Source of the DNA: Schmidtea polychroa
Lineage: Eukaryota
Length of the DNA stretch: 64,000 bases
Reading direction: 5' to 3'
Assembly (NCBI GenBank): GCA_044892525.1
Contig: CM097887.1
Coordinates: 87,398,397-87,462,396 of the forward strand
Shown here: positions 54,501 through 64,000 of the stretch, one piece after another
Position numbering within the stretch: position 1 is the first letter of the stretch
How the letters are laid out: each line of letters begins with the position of its first letter
Notes under the pieces: model-generated
Told to the model about the DNA's origin: nothing
The model's database searches: none
The model's input: only the letters and a program-made list of their open reading frames with translations
Position numbers and translations under genes: made by a program

Positions 54501-55734
54501 TGCATAAAAGTCAATTAAAAGTTTCCTTGGGTTTTCCAATTCATAAGATTTTTACTGCCATTCGATGACGCATTTACGCATATGCGCGTGCTTAGGTTCC
54601 CAATATCTTGTGAGGGGTCCCGAATCAAACGAAATAAATTTAAATTTTTTAAATTAAAATTAACAACTGTGAATTTTGGCTTTAATGACTTAAGATGTTG
54701 GTCAGTAGCCTGATATTATAACTGAAAAGTTGAGGAAACAATTTTTTTGACTTAGAAGCCAAAATATGTGGATATTGAAATGACTAAAAACATGCCTGAT
54801 ATTTAAGCCGAAGATCAAGATAGAAGATAGAAGTGCCATTCAACTAATTTTGAAGTTTTGACTGTTGACATTGTCAGTTTATTACGACGCATAGAAATGA
54901 TCAACACTATCAGCGTTGTCATTGTCATTTTCATATATTCAACTTACTTAGATTTTAGCTATTGGTGAGACTTTCATTCTCAGATGGTGGTGTAAACTTA
55001 TTTCCAAATGGATCTTCTTTTTATTTTAAAACCACAGCTATAGTTTGTGCAAAAGCAGTTCAAATACTATCATAATCAAGCAATTATACATGGAATCATT
55101 GGAATTTATTTGAAATTTTTAATGCCCATATAATCAATTATTGTCAAATGTTGTTGCGCATTTATCTTATATTGTTCTATTCTCTCAAAACAGTTTGATA
55201 TTCATTATATTTTCCTAGGTGGACAATCCAGTGCAAACAGATCGAAAAATGAAATGGTATTTCTGGTATTTTTGGATGTTTGCGACTAAAACTATAATAA
55301 TAATATTCAGTTTTTATATAACTTTTAGATGTAAATGAGTAATAGTTGTGATACTGTTAAGTTGCAATTTAATTTCCAAATTTAGGTAGATAAATTATGT
55401 GAGCTTCCAGTGCATGTAAAGATTGATAAGTATGAAGTTACTTTAATGATATTGTGTTATTAAAATATAACCTTGATTTTATGCATCTGTGATTTAACGA
55501 CGGTGCCTATTCAAAAGCATGAAACGATTATGGTTCCAAAAAGAGATTATACTGGGCATATCAGTGCCTGGATCTTCAACGGAAGCAGCACACCCTTATA
55601 GAAACTGCAAAAATTTGACACACCGCTGTGAATTTTCCGAATTCAAGTCCTTATTCCACTGAACTAGATTTGCATCCAAACTTTTTTATCTTTAAAATGA
55701 CATTTTTGGTCATAAATCGACCTCCATGACCCTA

Positions 55735-55800
55735 AATGACCTTAAATCGACATTGACCATAAAATGACCGTAAATCGACTATAACCTTAAATGACCATGA
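55735..55800. repeat. Degenerate ~10-nt tandem repeat (AAATGACCNT)
   Basis: atgaccctaaatgaccttaaatcgac...aaatgaccgtaaatcgac...aaatgaccatgaaat seen directly. Confidence 0.65.
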
Positions 55801-56092
55801 AATATTACATAATATGACTCTGATGGAGGGGTATGTAGGATAGGAAGTTCGCTATACAAATTAATCACGAGATTATCATATATTCTAATCAGTATATGCA
55901 CATTCCGGAATAATATCATCTTGAATAAAATCTAAACATTACATACTCGACTTTTATTAAAAATAAATTTTTCACAATAAAAACAAATAATTTATTTGCA
56001 AAAGAAAAAACTTAAAAAATCAATAAATATAGACCTTAATTGATAAACACAACAAATAAACACAAAGTAATCATTAGAATAATATGTATGCG

Positions 56093-59000
56093 CTAATTAG
56101 CCTGATCCATCAGCTCCAGTAGATCAAATTCGTTGCTATTCGATGAAGATTGATCAATGTGCATCTCCTTCATCACCTCATTTAAGGCAACGTTTTCTTT
56201 AATCTAACTTTATTATCAGATCACTCTATTAGTAATTTCGATAACCTTTCTAGCATCAATCATCACGATCTTATTTTCTGGTTCTTCAAATATTACCACA
56301 GGACTACCTGTGGCTGCCTTACTGGAATATATTGATAAAAATATTCAACAAAAATCACAATATGCCTTTCTTCCTGTTCAGATTGGAATAAATTTAATTT
56401 AAAATTTTTATTCGATACATCACTCTTTCTAGAGAGTAATTTCGAAAGAAGATCTAACTGATTCCTCGTAGCTGGATCAGGTTGATATGTATCCTACAAT
56501 GAAAAATGCAATTTTATTCTGTTTTCGTTAGACAATAAGACATAATTAATTTATTTTTATTAAGACTACAGATCAAACATTCTTCATTTATATTTAACAC
56601 GTTGACTGCCACACCAGTTAAATACAACTCGCATATACAGTGGATACACTTATAACTCTGGGCAGTAGGCATATAAGTCTGTGGCAGATTTGGGTTTGAG
56701 GCAAAAAAAATGTAGTGTAGCCCCACTACAGCCTTTGATACGGTAGTTAACATGCTAACACCGATTGTAGCACTACCTTTATCAAGTATTATTAATGAAA
56801 AAAAATGAAATTAAAAAAAACAGATCAAAGATGAACAAAAGAATAAAAAAATTTAATAAAATAATACACAAAGAACTTGATTCGTGCTGTTAAATGATTC
56901 CACAAAAACAACGCAAATCTGAATTGTCTTTTCCTAATGTTTTTAGGAATCATTTAGTGTTACAAAAATACATAAAATTTGTAGAAAATGTGCCAAAAAA
57001 ACAACGAAAAATGGAACTGAGGTGTCTTGTACTTCAAATGAAAAAGGTCTTGTGAAAAGAAAATACATCTTAAAATTATCAAATTTTTTTTGTAATATCT
57101 TCAATTTTATCACATTATTTTCAACAGGTCAAATTTTGGCTGTTTTTTAAACTTCTCACATGGACGAAAGTAAATTAAAGTTTTAAAAAAAATGATATAT
57201 ATATAGGGTTTTTTGATATATTTAATAATTGTTGCATTCAATTAAATAATTAAAAAAATAATAAAGAAACTCATAGTTTATTCAAGTATTATCTGTCCCA
57301 TCTCTGCCTTTTGCATGTATCTGAGCATTTTACGATAAAAGCTGCCACAGTGTTCTGGGGCGATTTCATCGAATTTTTCAATAATAAAAGTTCGTAATAG
57401 TGATTCATTTCTGGCAGTGCTTTTTCTTCCAAACAGAAAACACATTTTCAATAGGATTGAGAAATGGGGAGTATGATGGGAGATATATAATTTGATAATT
57501 AGAAATCTCCTCATCCTCACGCAACCCCTATAGTGATGAATTCGAGAATTGTCAAAAATAAAAATATGGGTATAATGCTCTATCTGCTGAGTTCGTTTCA
57601 TTTCGATCACTATCAAATATGATACCTCCTATGTCAAGGTCCGAGAAAAGTTGATCGGAGTAACCAATATGAGTCTCTGGTTGATGAAATTGGGGAGGTG
57701 TATTGTTATCACTTATGATTTCCCGTTGGGAGTATGTATGTACTATATTGTGGTGTGGTGTTGTGATTGCTAGTGCGTGGTATTATTATCTCTATCACTA
57801 TTGTCTTTATTATTATCGGTGTTGGCCTTTCTAATTGTGTCAATATTCATTTTATCTCTATTCGTGTGTGATGTAGGTATATAGTCATCTGTCTAAAAGC
57901 CGCCATCTTTTTTCATAGTCCCGTTTTTTGAGGATAAGGGAGTAGTTACTGTATATAATTTAACTTGATGATGTGCGATTTTGGAATTAAAATTCCCTCA
58001 GAAGAGTGATTGAATAACAACTTAGGTCTATAGGCCAAATAAGTGGGAAAATCAAAAGAAGATAGGCCAAAGTAAATGAGGCAGAAAGATAAAATATCAT
58101 AATAACCGGTAAGTAAAAGTTCAATACGAAGTAGTTTTGGAGACAGCTCACCTGTTCATTGTTTTTCAGCAGAGTTATGCATTTTCAACATGGTTATCAA
58201 AGATGGTAATCATGTGAATAATGATGGTTAGATAGTAAGGTAAAGAAGTTTAGGTCAGGAGAATTCATATAAACCAGAATCTGGCTCTATGTCACTAATA
58301 AGTATGTGCATACATCCGTCACTGTATATATCTTTCTGCCTATAGCAGATTGAATTTGGAAATAGCGTATTATTTTTTTAAAATATAAAATACAATATAA
58401 AATTAACATAAAATTTTTAAGATAAATTAGGAAACACGGTGTATTTTACTTTAATGTCTAATTATTTTTAAGGACTCATATGGAATATAAATTTCTACTT
58501 TTATACATAAAATATTAATTTTAATAAATCAAATCAGTAATACGGATTCAATACTTACAAAATCAGACTTTGAATCAGTGGTGTAATTTTTATTGACAAC
58601 TTTCTGAGTTTCTATTCCTTTATTATTTTTGTACCTATTTATTATTATTAATATTAATAATTGTAATAGCAATAGCAATAGTTCATAATAATAATAATAA
58701 TTTTTGATATTATAAAAACTATTTTTTTTCAAATTTAACCACTGATTTCTTTTCCATTGTATTTATTATTAAAAAAGCTTGAAGACCATTGATCAGTAAA
58801 TATATCGATGTTTTTGATATATTTACTGATTCATAGTCTTCAAGCTTTTTAATAATAAATGTCAAACCCATATACAGAACCGTAAAAATAAAATACATTG
58901 AGTATTATAATTAAAAATTATAAGTTTTTTAAACAATTTTTACTGAATTAAAAGAATTCAATTCAAAGTTTTATTTTTTAAGTCTGTTTTTATCACTTTC

Positions 59001-61300
59001 ATTACCACTTTTTTTTCAATTTTACAGTTATCAGATCCAACTCTTTCCATTATAATCCATGTTCCTTCTATCTTTCTTCGTGTTTGAGATTTCATGTGAT
59101 AGTATAATTTTACTTCAATTAAAATATATTTCTTAATTTTTTTTAAGAAAATTCTTTCGAGATTGATCGAGTCATACCGAACAAAGAGTCTATTCCATAT
59201 CTCAGAAATTCCATTATTTTGTTCAATGAATTTCATTGGAGAATTCTTTTTAAACTAATTTTATATCTTAAAACTTAAAATAAATAAAAAATCAATCCAA
59301 AGTTTTTAATTAGTAAGGTGACCAACTATTTTTTATTTAAAAAGAGTACACTTTGCAAGTATTTCATAGATGAAAAAAAAAGAAGAAAAACCGATAAAAA
59401 CTTCATTTTCTTTTAAAAACATATTTTTCTTCGGAGTGGATTTTTTTTGCTAAATGAGGATGTTCGTCTAATAATGTAGCCATATCCGAACAACTTTTAT
59501 TTTGCATATTAAATTTAACCGTTAAGACGGCAGATAATGTTTTTACAGAAAGTTTCGACTTCTCACTGCTCCAATAATCATTCCCTAGTGAAAACACCCT
59601 TTCAACAACAGCATTAGTGCCTGGACAACATAAGGAAATTTCTATTAAAACTTTTAAATTTTCATGTGGGATATGTTCTACTTTAAAATGCCGAAAGATT
59701 TCTACCCATCTTTTGTCAAGTTTTATTTTCTCATCATTCCATTTCTTCAATTTTTCTTCATTTAAATATAAATTTACTCTTCCAATTTCTTCAAAGAGAA
59801 AATTGTCATTAATAACAATATCTTTTACTTCCTTCATTACAAATTCGATTGCTGAATAAACTTCTTTCCATCTAATTTTACTATTTAGAAGGGTCCATTT
59901 GAAACAATTTAATGCTCTAAAGTTCACTATCCATTCTTCGATATATTCATAGCAAATTTTATAAAAATTTTTAACTTCTTAAAAATTCATTTTTTATTCC
60001 GGGATTGGAATCTTTTAAAACGGTCAATTTATTTTTTAGAATTAGTGGTAAAAATTCATCATTAAATCTTGATTTACATTACAGTATGGAATCGTTTAAT
60101 ATAATACAAACTTCTGCTGCTGAAATTTTATCTCCTTCAATTTGCAGAGTAATTTAAATTAATTAATTTAATTGATTTAATTAATTAATTTAATTACATT
60201 TTTATTTTTACAGTTCCGAATATGGGTTCGACATATATTATGAATTTCAGGTCATTTATAATATATTTCTGAAAACTGTCTAATTATTGTTTTTTATCTA
60301 ACAAAACAATTTTTGATTTCAATTTTCATCATTAATTGAAATTAAGTCGTTAATATAAAATAACCACGTATCAATAGAATAGAGGATATTCACAAACTTT
60401 AAACACGACCTTCATTACATATTATTAGTGTTGATAAAGGTTCCGCACAATATAATGGATTATCATTAAGAAATAAATGGATCTATTGTTACTCGGCAAC
60501 AATTTGAGTGTCTAATAAAGATTATAAAATCTTTTCCGTAATCCAATAATTACAGCAAATATAGAGTTAAAAGAAAAGGGAATATTTAATTTTAAAAGTT
60601 AAGACTTATAAATAGAGAACATACATATTTAATCCTAATTTTGTGATTCTGTCACCTTCTTGGTGTATGGAAGGTTTCTTTTGCTGAACGGTAAATTTCT
60701 CTTCAGCTTGAAATCGTCCAATTCGTTTCAGTTTTCCGGAAGCATCGTAAGATCTACACGATTCATTTTTACTTTGGATTATTAGAATTATATACTTAAT
60801 AGTCCCAGGCACTTCGAACTCAATCTCGAGGTCTCCTGATAAACTGTAAATAAACTTTCCGTTTTGCTTTTGGATATTGTCTTTCAAAAAAATAGACACC
60901 TAAATTCAAACGAAAAAAAAACAATTTTGATGCTCTTTATATATTTACTCTAATTGATTCATCTTGACAAAAATTCATTAAGCAGCGACGAATCCAGATC
61001 CATTGATGAGGCTTCAGTGGCTGATATATCTAAGTTGAAAATTTAAATTTCCTTACTATTTTTATTTATTATCAAGAGTAAAGTTTCTCAGAATTTAGAG
61101 AATTACCAAAAAATTCCAATTTTATCAAAGATGCCTTTTTTAGATACTTGTTTTAAGAGATTATCATTTGTAGGAAATAATGTTTTAACCATTTCGGAGA
61201 GGAAATATTTTAATTGAGGACAACATTATTTTATTACACTGATCCGTTAATCCATGTCTTCATACAATCTGCATTTATACGTTTGATAAATTCTATAATG
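56093..61300 (-). CDS. OSCP1: OSCP1 (organic solute carrier partner 1) homologue; 3' exons intact, 5' part disrupted
   Basis: Exons 60949-61029, 60796-60899, 60621-60753, 56366-56493, 56246-56321 and 56093-56203 splice into an open 633-nt frame. It reads IRRCLMNFCQDESIRVSIFLKDNIQKQNGKF...EVPGTI...GDRITKLGLNMY...QLDLLSKLL...FKLNLF...DLLELMD, matching recalled OSCP1 (FFQDLHIRVSMFLKD, GDRVLKLGTNMY, FRLNLF, DLLAMMD). The donor at 60620 is uncertain and 61030-61300 is frameshifted. Confidence 0.85.
56596..56700 (+). mobile_element. piggyBac-like terminal sequence
   Basis: TTAA followed by CACGTTGACTGCCAC; partner end not found. Confidence 0.4.
57283..57620 (-). mobile_element. IS630/Tc1-like DD(~34)E transposase C-terminal fragment
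   Basis: FIFDNSRIHH, then after a frameshift SPSYSPFLNPIENVFSVWK, then EHCGSFYRKML. Confidence 0.85.
57650..58350 (-). mobile_element. Decayed repeat homologous to 7460-7730 (probable gypsy gag-like family)
   Basis: 58131-58195 GTAGTTTTGGAGACAGCTCACCTGTTCATTGTTTTTCAG aligns with 7647-7712 GTAGTTTTAGCAATAGAGCTCACCTGCTCATTGATTTTCAA. Translations CxxC..LK(N/I)NEQV and SFD(F/Y) are shared. Confidence 0.5.
58761..58860. repeat. 100-nt near-perfect inverted repeat (hairpin)
   Basis: Arms 58761-58806 and 58816-58860 with a 9-nt loop; 42 Watson-Crick pairs, 3 non-Watson-Crick positions and a 1-nt bulge. Confidence 0.9.
59400..60550 (-). mobile_element. hAT-like transposase 3' remnant in the large OSCP1 intron
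   Basis: ORF 59403-59927 has CPGTNAVVERVFSLGNDYWSSEKSKLSVKTL (hATC-like dimerisation motif); decayed frames lie upstream. Confidence 0.75.
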
Positions 61301-61603
61301 AATAAGTAAGTCTTAAGCAGGTTTGAATTTTTTTCACCTAGAATTAGTTTCAGTTAAAAAATAATGAAAGTGCGCATAAGTTTAAATATTCATGAAGAGC
61401 AAGGCCAACCTTACCGAACCTGGCGAAATCTATTTGGCGCCCGTTTAAGAATGGTCAAGTCAATCATGAAAAGCATTTAATTACTTTAATAATTTTTTCA
61501 AATTTTTAAATTATTAAATTATTAAAGTAATTTCATGGTTTTACGATAGACTGGATGTAATGATCGCCCTTAACCTTAATCCGTAGAACATATTGAGTAT
61601 ACG

Positions 61604-62422
61604 CAGGCCCTAGGAGAGGTTGGGACAGAGGTGCCACTGGCCCGGGGCCCAAATTTTCAAAATTTTATTTGAAGAAATTTTTTTGGAAACAAAAATTAAT
61701 TTTTAAAAATTCAACCATTTGAAAATGGACTAATGATATAACTTCTTTGCTCTTATATATCAATCTAACATGTTTTTAAATAAATCAGATTGATCTAAGA
61801 TTAGGAATTCGTCATTTAAAATTGCTTGATCGTTATTAAAATCCACGAATAAGAGATTTTTAAAAATATTTTTAAAAATATCCGTTTATTAATGATAGGA
61901 TATTGGGGCCCCTAATTAAAACCCAACTAGCGTGGAATTCGAAAGAATACTTTAAATTTCATTAAAATTTCTCTACTAAAAAAATGAAATGAAACGGCTT
62001 GAAATATTTTGAAAATTTCTCATTGAAGTTTTAAATTTAAAATTGTCGGTGTTAAACTGAATTCAAGTTTGTTTATATTGTTTGTGCTTCTATTTGATAA
62101 AAATTAATTTCAATAAATTTTAATACTAAAAGAAGTGAACAAAAGGTATGAAAATTTTTTTCGATTGAAATATATCCCTTAATTAAATGAATATTTGATT
62201 TAGATGAAAAGACATAAGAGCGGCTAAATGGATTAGCAATGCTGCATATTAATAACGATATTGCAAGAAACCTAAACTTTAGTGAAATAATTGATAAATT
62301 TGCAATTTCAAAAGCCCGTAAATCATTAATATAATAAAATTTGTTTTTATATTGTGTTGTAGCTAACTATATATTTTTTAAAATTATTAAAAAGGGCCCA
62401 GCACTTTCTCTCCTAGGCCCTG
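61604..62422 (+). mobile_element. Non-autonomous hAT element (819 bp) with perfect 8-bp TSD
   Basis: TSD AGTATACG (61596-61603 and 62423-62430). TIRs CAGGCCCTAGGAGAG and CAGGGCCTAGGAGAG. Internal remnant ERLNGLAMLHINNDIARNLNFSEIIDKFAISKARK. Confidence 0.95.
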
Positions 62423-62478
62423 AGTATACGTACATGTTTAATGTCATGGTTGACAATTGTTTGTGGTATCATATACCG

Positions 62479-62509
<31 letters not shown>

Positions 62510-62710
62510 ACTATAAAGGGAAATTATCCCTGTATTACTACTGACAAATAATGCTTGTTTAAATTTATCTTTGAGTTACTTTTCGGTAGAAAAATTGTTC
62601 AGTTTTGTCAACATTAACATTGTAAGACTAAACGTTTTTCTAATTCTATTTTTACCACATTTTCATAATATTAAAACAACATTAATTGTTTAATATTACA
62701 TTATTCCTAC

Positions 62711-64000
62711 ATCCCCAGCAGATTCATCTGAATCTTTAACAACTCTTTTTCTAATATCGTCCACGTGTCGCGGCATATCATATCCAATACATCTGACTAA
62801 AAATTTTGTATTTGATAATGGTTTAATGATATGTCCATCTTTCTATCTTTCTGTGCATTTTTGATTCAAATTCGGTTTTATCCATACTGGGTCACCAGCA
62901 GAATATTTTGCTTCGATTATTATCTCTTTTTTATTGTAGCTTGGTAGATTCAGCTTTGGATAATATCTAAATATGGCTCTAGATGGACAAATATTATTGT
63001 TGTTTGGCGTATTGTTGAACCAGTACACAGCTTTTGAGATTGTTCCTGAGGACCTATCTGCTAGCGATTTGATTGTCCGATGGCTGCGTTCAATGATCCC
63101 GTTACCCCTGGACAGTTCACTGTTCTAAATACCAACTCAACATTCCATTTATCTGCTAATTCTTGAAATTTTCGAGATCTAAAAGATAAGTAATTATCTA
63201 ATAATATTTCACTTGGAGCACCTCTTTCATATAGCACTTCATTTAAAGTATTACATATCTCTTCTACATTTCCATTCTTAATTTTCTTCCATATTGCATA
63301 TCTCGATGGTCCACAATCAATGATTGTTAAAAATTTATCTTTAGCAAATTTAGCTACATCAATTGCTAAACGGCACCAATTTTCATCACAGCTTAGTTCA
63401 CCTTTTTCCCACGTTACTGGCGATGGGTCAATTGACAGGCATTGATTACAACTTGCAATTATTTCTGAGATCTCATTATCCACATTTAGTAACCCCGCTT
63501 CCGATGCTAAGAATCGCATACGATTTTCCCCTACATCGCAGTTCTTGTGAATCTCTAATGACATATCTTTCGAGCTTTTTTGATTGCCTAGAGCTGCGAC
63601 TTCTTTTTTAATAATCATCCAGTTGGCTGGCACTCTCGTTAATACATCAGCCTTGTTATTTTCTGTAGACACAAACTCAATGTCCGTTTTAAGTTCATAC
63701 TCAATCGCTAGATCTTTTAAAAGCTCGAGCCTTCGTTGTATTAACAACTCTGAATTTGCTTTTGTATGTATTTTTCTGTCGCTTGATAATATGCTGTTAA
63801 CCCAGCACACAACTGATTTACTATCGGATCTAATTTTGATGTACTTTAGATTCCATTTAATACATAAATTAATACCCTTCACAATCGCTTCTAACTCCAC
63901 CAAATTAATGCGTCTTGAATAATCAGGTTTTCACAACCAACACGCATCTTCAACCACTGAACCTTCCATTTCTAATACAATTCCAATGGCGATCGAACTT
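62711..64000 (-). mobile_element. Ty3/gypsy RNase H and integrase, PPT and 3' LTR start; runs off the window
   Basis: ORF 63061-63903: ELEA...SDS...NKADVLTR (RNase H), CNQC, LAIDV, IIDCGPSR, RGAPSEILLDN. GGGGA is followed by TGTAGG at 62711. Confidence 0.9.

Noticed and set aside
58178-58192. In-frame TGA aligned to TGG (C*KC vs CWYC at ~7700), suggesting UGA=Trp recoding
   Set aside because: It occurs only in decayed repeats. Host genes use TGG for Trp and CK1 paralogue B terminates at TGA (28346-28348), consistent with the standard code.

Overview
AT-rich (roughly 75% by eye), transposon-dense eukaryotic DNA from an animal with very short introns (mostly 42-51 nt) and five assembly gaps. 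I reconstructed five host genes by hand-splicing. Two are divergent casein kinase I paralogues (9302-10341 +, 27276-28348 +). One is a single-exon signal-peptide protein with an atypical EGF-like domain (32633-32935 +). One is an FMR1/FXR orthologue (41202-51502 +; tandem Agenet, two KH domains, RG-rich tail). The last is an OSCP1 homologue (56093 to about 61300, -) whose 3' exons are clean but whose 5' part is eroded by frameshifts. Everything else is mostly decayed mobile DNA: at least eight hAT-type insertions (three with perfect 8-bp target-site duplications), piggyBac, Tc1/pogo MITEs, an IS630/Tc1-like transposase, several Ty3/gypsy remnants and a restriction-like-endonuclease non-LTR fragment. 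No tRNA, rRNA or CRISPR array is supportable. The species cannot be determined from sequence alone; a compact-intron, AT-rich invertebrate is inferred. All family assignments come from recalled motifs, not database searches.
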